Shown here: positions 54,552 through 62,707 of the stretch, one piece after another | Layout: every line of letters starts with the position of its first letter | Position numbering within the stretch: the first letter of the stretch is position 1 | Origin: an uncultured Actinomycetota bacterium | GTDB taxonomy: Bacteria > Actinomycetota > Actinomycetes > Mycobacteriales > CADCTP01 | DNA: 64,000 nucleotides | NCBI GenBank assembly: GCA_963714145.1 | Contig: OY970235.1 | Location: 2,961,722 to 3,025,721, forward strand | Reading direction: 5' to 3' | The notes under the pieces: generated by a model | The model's database searches: none | Told to the model about the DNA's origin: nothing | The model's input: the letters and a program-made list of their open reading frames with translations, nothing else | Made by a program: the position numbers and the translations under genes

Positions 54552-54862
54552 CCGCCGTCGGGGCGGGCCGCGCCGCGGCGGCCGAGCCAGACCCAGGTCG
54601 AGAGCGTCATCGTGACCAGCGCGAAGCCGAACAGCAGGTCCTCCACCGGCGCGTAGGCCAGCCGTGGCCCGAGAATCGTCCCCGGGTCGTACCGGACGAT
54701 CCGCCGGCCGGTCAGGATGCCGTTCGTGATCAGCTGGAAGAACAGCACGATCCCGTAGGCGGTCCAGTAGATCCGCCGGCGCAGCAGCCAGGTGCGCAGC
54801 AGCGCGGTGTCGGCCAGCACCGCCAGCGCCGCGCCGGCCAGGGCCAGCTCGGTGTAGGTCAC
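54548..54862 (-). CDS. Lycopene cyclase domain protein, small subunit 2 of a heterodimeric CrtYc/CrtYd-type cyclase
   Basis: GTG 54862 overlaps the upstream subunit's stop (GTGA). It is a 104-aa, 3-TM protein: VTYTELALAGAALAVLAD...APVEDLLFGFALV. Confidence 0.7.
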   Translation of the reverse strand: MTYTELALAGAALAVLADTALLRTWLLRRRIYWTAYGIVLFFQLITNGILTGRRIVRYDPGTILGPRLAYAPVEDLLFGFALVTMTLSTWVWLGRRGAARPDGG

Positions 54863-55206
54863 GGCCGCGGCGGCCCGACCGGCTCGTCGCCGGCCGGCCA
54901 GCCCCGGACCGCCCGGACCGCCTCGAACGCCAGGATCGCGCAGGTCGGCACGACCACGAAGAACAGCGCCTCCTCCAGCGGGATCCGGCCGGGCAGCAGC
55001 ACCCCGCTGGTCTGCCCCGGGTCGTAGCTCCACTGGCCGTGCGCGATCGCGTACCAGTCCCAGAGCAGGAAGAGCGCGGCCGGCGGCAGCACCGCCAGCA
55101 GCCAGCGGCGCGGCCGCGCGTACACCCGGGTCCGCAGCCACACCTCCAGCGGCAGCGTCCCCAGCACGCATCCGGCCAGCACCGCCAGGTAGCTCAGGTG
55201 CCGCAC
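54859..55206 (-). CDS. Lycopene cyclase domain protein, small subunit 1
   Basis: Track ORF 54859..55206. It is a 115-aa protein: MRHLSYLAVLAGCVLGTLPLE...IPLEEALFFVVVP. Confidence 0.7.
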   Translation of the reverse strand: MRHLSYLAVLAGCVLGTLPLEVWLRTRVYARPRRWLLAVLPPAALFLLWDWYAIAHGQWSYDPGQTSGVLLPGRIPLEEALFFVVVPTCAILAFEAVRAVRGWPAGDEPVGPPRP

Positions 55207-55210
55207 CCGG

Positions 55211-56020
55211 TCACCCCCGCGGCGGCGCGGCGGCCAGCCGGGCGCGCAGCGAGCGGGCGGCTGCTTCCGGGTCGGCGGCCTCGGTGATCGCCCGGACCAC
55301 CACGATCCGGCGGGCGCCCGCGGCGAGCACCTGGTCCAGCCGGTCGCCGTCGATGCCGCCGATGGCGAACCAGGGCCGGTCGGTGCCGAGCCCGGCGGCG
55401 TACTCGAGCAGGCGCGGCCCGGGCGCCGGGCGGCCCGGCTTGGTCGGCGTCGGCCAGGTCGGGCCCACGCAGAAGTAGTCCACGCCCGGCTCGACCGCCG
55501 CGGCGGCCACCTCGGCCTCGGCGTGGGTGGACCGGCCGACCAGCGGCGCCGGCCCGAGGATGCGCCGGGCCACCGGCACCGGCAGGTCGTCCTGGCCGAG
55601 GTGCACCATGTCGGCCGCGCCGGCCAGGGCCAGGTCGACCCGGTCGTTCACGGCCCAGAGCGCCCCGTGCCGCCGGGCCGCGGCCGCGAACACCTCCGCG
55701 TAGCCGAGCTCCTGGCGCGCCTCCAGCCCCTTCTCGCGCAGCTGGACGATGTCCACCCCGCCGCGCAGCGCGGCGTCCAGGAACTCGGCCAGATCCCCCC
55801 GCTCCCGACGCGCGTCGGTGCACAGGTACAGCACCGCCCGGGCCAGCCGCCGCCGCAGCGCGCTGCCCGCCCCGGCCACCGGCGGCTCCGCCCCGGCCCG
55901 GCCGGCCGCCGTCCTCGGGCCGGCCGATGGGCCGGCCGCCGGGTCGGCCGACGGGTCGGCGCCCGGCCCGGCGCCGGCCGGCGCACCGGCAGCAGCCGGC
56001 TCAGCCACCGGCTCAGCCAC
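55211..56020 (-). CDS. thiE: Thiamine-phosphate synthase
   Basis: Track ORF 55211..56020. Motifs: LYLCTD...VDIVQLREK...VHLGQDDL...GRSTH...[15 protein letters not shown]...FAIGGI. The ~55-aa Ala/Pro-rich N-terminus makes the start uncertain. Confidence 0.85.
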   Translation of the reverse strand: MAEPVAEPAAAGAPAGAGPGADPSADPAAGPSAGPRTAAGRAGAEPPVAGAGSALRRRLARAVLYLCTDARRERGDLAEFLDAALRGGVDIVQLREKGLEARQELGYAEVFAAAARRHGALWAVNDRVDLALAGAADMVHLGQDDLPVPVARRILGPAPLVGRSTHAEAEVAAAAVEPGVDYFCVGPTWPTPTKPGRPAPGPRLLEYAAGLGTDRPWFAIGGIDGDRLDQVLAAGARRIVVVRAITEAADPEAAARSLRARLAAAPPRG

Positions 56021-56216
56021 CGGCTACCGCGCGGACCAGCTCCAGCCGGTCGCCCTCGCCCAGCACCACGCCGTCCAGCTCGGAGCGGAGCAGGGCGGTG
56101 CCGTTCAGTTCGACCACCACCGAGCCGGCGCGCAGCCCCAGATCGGTGAGCAGCCCGGGCAGCGTGGCATCGGCCGCGACCTCGCGCGGCCGGCCGTTCA
56201 CGGTCACCGTCGGCAT
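56013..56216 (-). CDS. thiS: Sulfur-carrier protein ThiS
   Basis: Track ORF 56013..56216. It is 67 aa: [13 protein letters not shown]...VELNG...[13 protein letters not shown], with a C-terminal GG. Confidence 0.85.
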   Translation of the reverse strand: MPTVTVNGRPREVAADATLPGLLTDLGLRAGSVVVELNGTALLRSELDGVVLGEGDRLELVRAVAGG

Positions 56217-56277
56217 GCCTGCGACCCTACCCGCGGGCCCCGGCCGGGCTGGTCGGAAGGCTGCCCGGCCGGCACGG

Positions 56278-56613
56278 TCAGAAGGCGAGTGCCTGGGCCC
56301 GGCGTTTGACCTCGCGGCTCCGGTCGCCGCGCAGGGCCTCCACCGGGGTGCCCGGCAGCGTGTCGTCTGCGGTGTGCAGCCAGCGCACCGACTCCTCGGG
56401 CGAGTAGCCGGCGTCGCGCAGCACGGTGAGCACCCCGGACAGGTGCTTCACCACGACGCCGTCGAGCAGGAAGCTGGCCGGCACCCGGAGCACTCCGTCC
56501 ACCCGGACCGCGGCCAGGCTGCCGTCGCGCAGCAGTTGGTGCACCCGGGTGAGCGGGATGCCGAGGCGCTCCGCCACCTCAGGCACGGTCAGCCAGTCGA
56601 TCGTCTCGGTCAC
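56278..56613 (-). CDS. Rv2175c-like winged-helix DNA-binding protein
   Basis: Track ORF 56278..56613: WLTVPEVAERLGIPLTRVHQLLRDGSLAAVR...VVKHLSGVLTVLRDAGYSPEE..REVKRRAQALAF. It aligns by eye with my recollection of M. tuberculosis Rv2175c and has the same neighbourhood as pknL. Confidence 0.75.
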   Translation of the reverse strand: MTETIDWLTVPEVAERLGIPLTRVHQLLRDGSLAAVRVDGVLRVPASFLLDGVVVKHLSGVLTVLRDAGYSPEESVRWLHTADDTLPGTPVEALRGDRSREVKRRAQALAF

Positions 56614-56637
56614 GCCGTCCAGTGTCCCGTACCGCGC

Positions 56638-57615
56638 TCACCAGCTGCCAGACGCCCCGCCACCGCCGGACGATCCGCCACTGGACGAGCCACCGCCGGA
56701 GTCACCCCCACCGGAGCCTCCGCCGGAGCTCCCGCCCGAAGTCCCGGCCGAGCGCTTGCCGGCGCCGGTGACGTGGCTGCCGGACGAGCCGGTGTGGTGC
56801 GGACGATCGGTGCTGACCGCGTCGCCGGACAGGTTCATGCTGGCCCAGAAGCCGGTCCGGCGGGCCCACCAGGGTCGCTCGCGGTCCGGCAGATCGTCCG
56901 GGACGCCGCGGGTCGCCTTCATCCGCCGGGCGTAGCTGCCGATGCCGACCACCACGATCAGGCCGACGAACGCGAGGCCGAGCAGCCAGCCGCTGCCCGG
57001 GCCGGCCGGGTCCGGATCCGGGATGGGCAGCGGCAGCGAGTACGACGGGCCCGGGGCGGAGCCGGCCACGTCCGGCGAGCCGGCCGCGTCCGCCAGCGCG
57101 TTGCTCTCGGTCACCTCGTGGCTCAGCGCCCGGCGGATGTGGTCCAGCCCGGCCAGCACGGCGTCCCGGGTGCGGCCCTCCTCGAGCAGCGGGTTGATCG
57201 TGCCGTCGACGATGTCGTCGGCGGCGCCGGCGGAGAACCGGTCGGTCAGCCCGCTACCGGTGACGATGCGCGGGTGGTGGTCGGCGACCGCGATCACCAG
57301 CAGCACGCCGTTGTCCCGGGTCCGCTTGCCGACGCCCCAGACGTTGAACAGCCCGTTGCCCCAGGCCTCGATCGGCTGCCCGCCGGTGGTCCGGACCACG
57401 GCGACCACGATCTCGTCCCCGCTGGCCGCCCGGTCGGCGCGCAGCACCTGGGCGATCCGGGTGCAGGTGGCGGTGCCGAGCGCGGCCGCCTGGTCTACGC
57501 AGACCCCCGCCTTCGGGTAGGGCGCGGGTGCCGCCGCCCGGGCGGTGGCCGCGCCGGTAGCCAGCAGGAGCAGCGCACTGGCAAGCACTACGCCGCCGCG
57601 CTGGGCGATGCGCAT
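56638..57615 (-). CDS. TPM-domain (DUF477) secreted/membrane protein with a Gly/Ser-rich tail
   Basis: Track ORF 56638..57615. It has a signal peptide, a TPM core (EIVVAVVRTTGGQPIE...DNGVLLVIAVADHHPRIVTGSG), a TM segment and a (G/S)n C-terminus. Confidence 0.7.
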   Translation of the reverse strand: MRIAQRGGVVLASALLLLATGAATARAAAPAPYPKAGVCVDQAAALGTATCTRIAQVLRADRAASGDEIVVAVVRTTGGQPIEAWGNGLFNVWGVGKRTRDNGVLLVIAVADHHPRIVTGSGLTDRFSAGAADDIVDGTINPLLEEGRTRDAVLAGLDHIRRALSHEVTESNALADAAGSPDVAGSAPGPSYSLPLPIPDPDPAGPGSGWLLGLAFVGLIVVVGIGSYARRMKATRGVPDDLPDRERPWWARRTGFWASMNLSGDAVSTDRPHHTGSSGSHVTGAGKRSAGTSGGSSGGGSGGGDSGGGSSSGGSSGGGGASGSW

Positions 57616-57673
57616 GGCCCCTCCCCAGGGTCACCTGGTGCCGGTTCGGACGGCCCCGCCGCGGTGCCGGTTC

Positions 57674-58900
57674 CTAAGCATCCCCCACCTGGACACCAGG
57701 CTCCGCAACGGCGTCCCGGACCGCTACCGCCGGGTCGGCCAGCAGGCCCGGGTCCATCGGCCGGCCGGCGTCGATCGCCCGGCGCGCCTGGACGACGTCC
57801 CGCGGCCGGTCGACCGACAGGAAGCCGGTCAGCCGCCCGGCGGCGTCCAGCCAGCCGGCCGCCCAGGACCGGCCGGTCGGGTCGCCGCGCCAGACCGCCG
57901 GCGGCCCGTCCCGCCAACCGGCCCATTGCAGGAAACGGCCGAACTGCTCCGACCAGATGTACGGCACCGGGTCGTAGGCCGCGTCCGCGTCGCCGAGCAG
58001 TACCGCGGCGGCCACCTTGGGCGCGCGCAGCGCGTCGTCCCAGTGCTCGGTGCGGACCCGCCGACCCAGCCGCGGCGACCACCGGGCCGCGCAGTCGCCG
58101 ACCGCGTAGACACCGGGCAGCGAGGCCCGGCAGTGCTCGTCCACCAGCACTCCCCCGCTGGCCGGGTCGACGTCCACCCCGGAGCCGACCAGCCAGCCCA
58201 GCTCCGGCCGGACCCCGATGCCTTCCACCACCACGTCCGCCGGCAGGTACTCGCCATCGGCCAGCGTCACCCCGGAACCATCCACAGTGGACACCGCTAC
58301 GCCGGTGCGGAGCACCGCGCCGGCCTCGGCGTACCACGGTGCGGCGTACCCGCCGACCTCCGGCCCCAGCGCCACGACCAGCGGCGTGGCGGCGGCCTCC
58401 AGCACGGTGACCGCGGCGCCGTGCCGGCGGGCGGCGGTGACCACCTCGGCGCCGATCCAGCCGGCGCCGACCACGATCACGTTCACCCCCGGCGCGAACG
58501 CCGCGTGCAGCCGGGCCGCGTCGTCCAGGGTGCGCAGCACCAGCGCGGCGCCGTCGCCGGGCAGCCGGCGCGGCACGGCGCCGGTGGCCAGCACCAGCGC
58601 GTCCCAGGGCAGGTCGCCGGCGGTGGTGCACAGCAGGCCCGGTTCCAGGCCGGTCGCGGTCACGCCGAACCGGGCCTCGGCGCCGACATACCAGTCCGGG
58701 TCCAGCGGGCTGCCGGCCTGCTCGCCCAGCAGCACCGCCTTGGACAGCGGCGGCCGGTCGTACGGCGGGTGCGGCTCGGCACCGACCAGTACCAGTTCGC
58801 CGCGGTAGCCGCCGGACCGCAGTTCCTGGCAGGTCCGCGCGCCGGCCAGCCCGGCGCCGACCACCACCACCCGATCAATTCCCCCCAACCGACTAACCAC
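57674..58900 (-). CDS. FAD/NAD(P)-dependent oxidoreductase (ferredoxin reductase family)
   Basis: Track ORF 57674..58900. It has two Rossmann motifs (VVVVGAGLAGARTC and VIVVGAGWIGAEV) and YAVGDCA. Confidence 0.8.
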   Translation of the reverse strand: MVSRLGGIDRVVVVGAGLAGARTCQELRSGGYRGELVLVGAEPHPPYDRPPLSKAVLLGEQAGSPLDPDWYVGAEARFGVTATGLEPGLLCTTAGDLPWDALVLATGAVPRRLPGDGAALVLRTLDDAARLHAAFAPGVNVIVVGAGWIGAEVVTAARRHGAAVTVLEAAATPLVVALGPEVGGYAAPWYAEAGAVLRTGVAVSTVDGSGVTLADGEYLPADVVVEGIGVRPELGWLVGSGVDVDPASGGVLVDEHCRASLPGVYAVGDCAARWSPRLGRRVRTEHWDDALRAPKVAAAVLLGDADAAYDPVPYIWSEQFGRFLQWAGWRDGPPAVWRGDPTGRSWAAGWLDAAGRLTGFLSVDRPRDVVQARRAIDAGRPMDPGLLADPAVAVRDAVAEPGVQVGDA

Positions 58901-59426
58901 CCTTCGGTTCCTCGAACGTGAAGTTTCCCTTCTTGTCCTGGATGGTGACGACCAGTTTGCGCGGGGCCCCGTTGGCCGGCGTGGCCACGCAGTCGAGCTT
59001 CCCGGGCGGGTCGAACACCCGCACCGCCTCGTCGCCGCAGTCCACCGTGTACGGCTGGCCGCCCTTCTGCGAGACCAGCGGGCCCATCGCCTTCTCCAGC
59101 TGGTCGAGCGGGATCACCGCCTGGTCGCTGGTCACCGTGAACCGGCCGCCGTCGGCCCGGTCGACCCGGATCCGCACCGGCAGGCCCTCCACCTTGAGCG
59201 AGCAGAACCCGGGCTTGTCCGGCTGCGGATCCAGGGTGTCCGGGCAGGCCGACGGCGTCACCTGCAGGCCGCCGAACGTCTTCGGCAGCTGCTCGTCGAT
59301 GACCCGGCTGACCTCGGCGCCGGTCAGCGCCTTCGGCGGCGGCGGGCCCTTGGCCTTCTTCGAGCAGCCGCTGGCCGCCAGCGCAGCCAGCAGCCCGACG
59401 ATCAGCCAGCGGGTGGTCGGACGCAC
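58893..59426 (-). CDS. Lipoprotein (DUF4333-like)
   Basis: GTG 59426 lies within track ORF 58893..59573: VRPTTRWLIVGLLAALAASGCS (lipobox), followed by a Cys-containing soluble domain. Confidence 0.6.
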   Translation of the reverse strand: MRPTTRWLIVGLLAALAASGCSKKAKGPPPPKALTGAEVSRVIDEQLPKTFGGLQVTPSACPDTLDPQPDKPGFCSLKVEGLPVRIRVDRADGGRFTVTSDQAVIPLDQLEKAMGPLVSQKGGQPYTVDCGDEAVRVFDPPGKLDCVATPANGAPRKLVVTIQDKKGNFTFEEPKGG

Positions 59427-59442
59427 GCCGGAAGGGTACGGG

Positions 59443-60582
59443 TCACTGGTTCGCGGCGTCGTACAGCGGGAAGGCGTCCTTCCAGACCGGCTCGTAGCCG
59501 GCGGCCACCAGCATCGCGGCCACCTCGGCCGGCGACCGTTCGTCGGAGATGCTGAACTGCTCGGTCGCCTCACCCGGCCGCGAGTAGCCGCCCGGTTCGG
59601 TGGACGAGCCGGCCGACAGCTGGGTGACCGCGATCCGGACCAACCCGTCCCGCAGCACCGCCGGCTCCCGGGTGGACAGCACGATCCCGGCCTCCGGCTC
59701 GTACAGCCGCAGCGCCGCCATCGCCTGCACGTACTCCGGGTCGGGCACCGGCACCAGCGGCTGGTAGCCGGCCGCGGACGGCTTGATCCGGGGCAGCGAG
59801 ACGCTCACCTCGGTCCGCCAGAACGCGCGCACCAGGAACCCGGCGTGCGCGGCCACCGCGAGCACCTCCGACCGCCAGTCGGCGGCCAGCCCCAGCAACG
59901 CGCCGACGCCGAGCCGGCGGACCCCGGCCGCGCCGGCCAGCTCGGTCGAGTTCAGCCGCCGGTCGTAGTCCCGCTTCCAGCCGGCCTGGTGCACCTCGGC
60001 GTAGCGGGCCCGGTCGTAGGTCTCCTGGTAGTGCACCACGCCTTCCAGGCCGGCCCCGACCAGCCGCGCGTACGTGCCGTCCGACCAGGTCTGCGTCTCG
60101 ATCGACAGGGACGGGACGTACGGCCGGAGCCGGGCCACCACGTCCGCCAGGTAGTCGGCGGAGACCTCGACCCGGTGCTCGCCGGAGACCAGCAGCAGGT
60201 GCCGGAAGCCGCGGCCGGTGAGCAGCCGGGCCTCCTGCTCGACCTCGTCGGTGGTCAGGGTGCGCCGGGCGATCGGCAGGCCCTTGGCGAACCCGCAGTA
60301 CGTGCAGGTGGACAGGCAGGCGTTGGAGACGTACAGCGGCGCGTACAGCCGGACCGCCCGGCCGAACCTGCGCAGCGTGACGGCGCGGGCCGCCTGGGCC
60401 AGCTCCTCCAGCCGGGCGGTCGCCGCGGGCGAGAGCAGCGCGGCCAGATCGGTCAGGTCGCGCTGCTCGTGCCGCAGCGCGGCAGTGACGTCCGCGTCGG
60501 TGGCGGTGCCGGCGTGGGCGGACAGGGCCGGCAGATCGAGCCGGTCCAGCTCCCGCGCGAACCGCCCCTTAGGCGCGCTCAG
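59443..60582 (-). CDS. thiH: 2-iminoacetate synthase ThiH (radical SAM tyrosine lyase); probable CTG start
   Basis: Track ORF 59443..60141 is only the C-terminal 232 aa. The same frame is open up to TAG 60607-60609 and encodes LLSPAATARLEELAQAA...PLYVSNACLSTCTYCGF (a CxxxCxxC motif). It aligns along its full length with my recollection of E. coli ThiH. There is no ATG, GTG or TTG in frame upstream of 60141. CTG 60582 follows an AGGGAG SD with a 5-nt spacer. Confidence 0.8.
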   Translation of the reverse strand: MSAPKGRFARELDRLDLPALSAHAGTATDADVTAALRHEQRDLTDLAALLSPAATARLEELAQAARAVTLRRFGRAVRLYAPLYVSNACLSTCTYCGFAKGLPIARRTLTTDEVEQEARLLTGRGFRHLLLVSGEHRVEVSADYLADVVARLRPYVPSLSIETQTWSDGTYARLVGAGLEGVVHYQETYDRARYAEVHQAGWKRDYDRRLNSTELAGAAGVRRLGVGALLGLAADWRSEVLAVAAHAGFLVRAFWRTEVSVSLPRIKPSAAGYQPLVPVPDPEYVQAMAALRLYEPEAGIVLSTREPAVLRDGLVRIAVTQLSAGSSTEPGGYSRPGEATEQFSISDERSPAEVAAMLVAAGYEPVWKDAFPLYDAANQ

Positions 60583-60643
60583 AGTCTCTCCCTCGCATTC
60601 ACAGTGCTAGCCAGTTCGCGGCGCTCCGCGCCAGACGCTGTGC

Positions 60644-61432
60644 TCACGCTGGTACGGCGCCGAGGAAGCCGGTGAGCGGGCTGGAGGCCTCGGCCTCGGT
60701 GGCGCCGCGGACGGTGCCGCGGCCGGCCAGCCAGCCGAGCCGGCCGGCCTCGGTGGCCAGCGCGAACGCGCGGGCCATCGTGACCGGGTCGCGGGCGACC
60801 GCGATCGCCGTGTTCACCAGCACCGCGTCGGCGCCGATCTCCATCGCCTCGGCCGCGTCGCTGGGCACGCCGAGGCCCGCGTCCACCACCACCGGGACGC
60901 CGGCCTGGGCCACGATCGCCTCGATCGCGTCCCGGGTGCGCAGGCCGCGGTTGGAGCCGATCCAGGCGCCCAGCGGCATCACCGTGGCGCAGCCGGCCTC
61001 CTCCAGCCGCCGGCACAGCACCGGGTCGGCCGAGCAGTACGGCAGCACGGTGAAGCCGTCCGCGACCAGCCGCTGGGCGGCCAGCAGGGTCTCCACCGGG
61101 TCCGGGGCCAGCGTGCGCGGGTCCGGCGTGACCTCGAGCTTGACCAGGTCGGTGCCGGTGCCGGCGCGGCCCAGCCGGGCCAGCCGGACCGCCTCGTCCG
61201 CGTCCACCGCGCCGGAGGTGTTCGGTAGCAGCGTCACCCCGGCCGGGATGAAGTCGAGGATGTCGCCCTCGCCGACCAGGTCCAGGTCGACCCGGCGCAG
61301 CGCCACGGTGACGATCTCGGCCCGGCTGGCCCGGACCGCTTCGGCCATGATCTGGTGTGCGGCGAACTTCCCGGTGCCGATCAGCAGCCGGCTGCCGAAC
61401 TCACGGGTGCCGATGACCAGCGGATCTGGCAT
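60644..61432 (-). CDS. thiG: Thiazole synthase
   Basis: Track ORF 60644..61432. Motifs: LLIGTGKF..., [39 protein letters not shown]. Confidence 0.92.
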   Translation of the reverse strand: MPDPLVIGTREFGSRLLIGTGKFAAHQIMAEAVRASRAEIVTVALRRVDLDLVGEGDILDFIPAGVTLLPNTSGAVDADEAVRLARLGRAGTGTDLVKLEVTPDPRTLAPDPVETLLAAQRLVADGFTVLPYCSADPVLCRRLEEAGCATVMPLGAWIGSNRGLRTRDAIEAIVAQAGVPVVVDAGLGVPSDAAEAMEIGADAVLVNTAIAVARDPVTMARAFALATEAGRLGWLAGRGTVRGATEAEASSPLTGFLGAVPA

Positions 61433-61435
61433 CTC

Positions 61436-61540
61436 ACTCCCCTCGCGGGCATTACCCCGATCGGGTTCTACGGGTCGCCGGCAGGGCTACTGGCCGGCCT
61501 CTCAGCCCGCCTCCCGCGGGCTCCCCGGTTCCTGACGCTC
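61436..61540 (-). promoter_or_regulatory. TPP (THI-box) riboswitch in the thiG-thiH leader
   Basis: The minus-strand sense reads ...GGGGAGCCCGCGGGAGGCGGGCUGAGAGGCCGGCCAGUAGCCCUGCCGGCGACCCGUAGAACCCGAUCGGGGUAAUGCCCGCGAGGGGAGUGAGAUG. It carries the invariant CUGAGA and the ACC..GAACC.GAUC.GG.UAAU.CC.GCG.GGGA core. The 3' GGGGAG doubles as the thiG SD. Confidence 0.85.
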
Positions 61541-61678
61541 CCATCCTAGCCCGGCCGGCCGACCCCCCGCGGCCGTCACCTCTTCAGCCACAAGATTCCC
61601 ACCAGTACCACTTGTCACAGCGTAGTCAAGCTGACACGCTGCGTGATCAATATCGGTCGCCGCTACGGGGAGGCAGCC

Positions 61679-62620
61679 ATGTCCGACGACGGCGCATGCC
61701 CGCCGCCGGAGGGATCCGCGCGGCACCGACCCGCCGGACAGCTCCGGCGGCTGCTCCGGGTCGCCACCGTGCCGCTGGTGCTGGCGCTGGTGATGACCGC
61801 CAGCTCGCCGGGGGTGATCCGGATCCGGCCCGGCGACACGCTCTGGGAGATCGCCCAGCGGCACGGCACCACGGTGGCCGTGCTGAAGCGGCTCAACCAC
61901 CTGCCCAGCGACCTGATCTACGCCGGCCGGCCGCTGCTGATCCCGGGCCCGCCGGCCCCGGCGCCGGTGACCCGGCTGGTGCGGTACCGGGTCCGGCCCG
62001 GCGACACGGTGACCGCGATCGCGGCCCGCTACCGGCTGCGGGTCGCCGCCATCGTCGCCGCCAACCACCTCAACCGGCGCGCCACCATCCGGATCGGTCA
62101 GCCGCTCACGTTGCCGCTGCCGGCCCGGAAACCGGCCCGGCGGCCGGCGGCACCGACCCGGCACTACCCGGCCACGGTCACCGCGATGGCGGCCCGGCAC
62201 CGGCAGTTGCTGGCGCACCGCCGGATGCCGTCCAGGCTGGCCGTCCAGCAGAAGATCCGGCGGACCGCCCGGGCCGTCCACCTGGACCCGGCACTGGCCC
62301 TGGCGGTGGCGCAGCAGGAGTCCGGGTTCCAGCAGCGGGTGGTCAGCCCGGCGGACGCGATCGGCGTCATGCAGGTGCTGCCGTCCACCGGCCGCTGGCT
62401 GGGCCGCGAGGTGCTCGGCCGCCCGCTCGACCTGCTCGACGCCGACGACAACATCCTCGCCGGCGTCTCGCTGCTGGCCCTGCTGACCAGGGCCGCGCCG
62501 CTGCCCCAGGCCGTCGCCGGCTACTACCAGGGGCTGGCCTCGGTCCGCCGCAACGGCATGTACCCCGACACCCGCCGCTACGTCGGCAACATCCTGCGGC
62601 TGCGCACCCGCTGGCGCTGA
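61679..62620 (+). CDS. Secreted LysM x2 plus lytic transglycosylase (SLT) domain protein
   Basis: ATG 61679 (GGGGAGG SD) lies within track ORF 61643..62620. It has two LysM repeats (IRPGDTLWEIAQRHGTTVAVLKRLN and VRPGDTVTAIAARYRLRVAAIVAAN). The SLT catalytic region is AVAQQESGFQQ...GVMQV. Confidence 0.78.
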   Translation: MSDDGACPPPEGSARHRPAGQLRRLLRVATVPLVLALVMTASSPGVIRIRPGDTLWEIAQRHGTTVAVLKRLNHLPSDLIYAGRPLLIPGPPAPAPVTRLVRYRVRPGDTVTAIAARYRLRVAAIVAANHLNRRATIRIGQPLTLPLPARKPARRPAAPTRHYPATVTAMAARHRQLLAHRRMPSRLAVQQKIRRTARAVHLDPALALAVAQQESGFQQRVVSPADAIGVMQVLPSTGRWLGREVLGRPLDLLDADDNILAGVSLLALLTRAAPLPQAVAGYYQGLASVRRNGMYPDTRRYVGNILRLRTRWR

Positions 62621-62707
62621 AGTCCGGTGGTCGACCAGCGCCGGGACGGCGGCACCGGGCGGCACCGGGCCTGGTACCCCGCCGCGGCGGCGGCCGCGGC
62701 CCGGGAT

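Noticed and set aside
56217-56277. An expected second TPP riboswitch upstream of thiS-thiE.
   Set aside because: The spacer is only 61 bp and lacks CUGAGA and the GAUC..UAAU..GCG THI-box elements.
57674-58900. The FAD oxidoreductase inside the thiamine neighbourhood as the missing glycine oxidase ThiO.
   Set aside because: It has two dinucleotide-binding motifs and the layout of ferredoxin/rubredoxin reductases, not the single-Rossmann DAO fold of ThiO.
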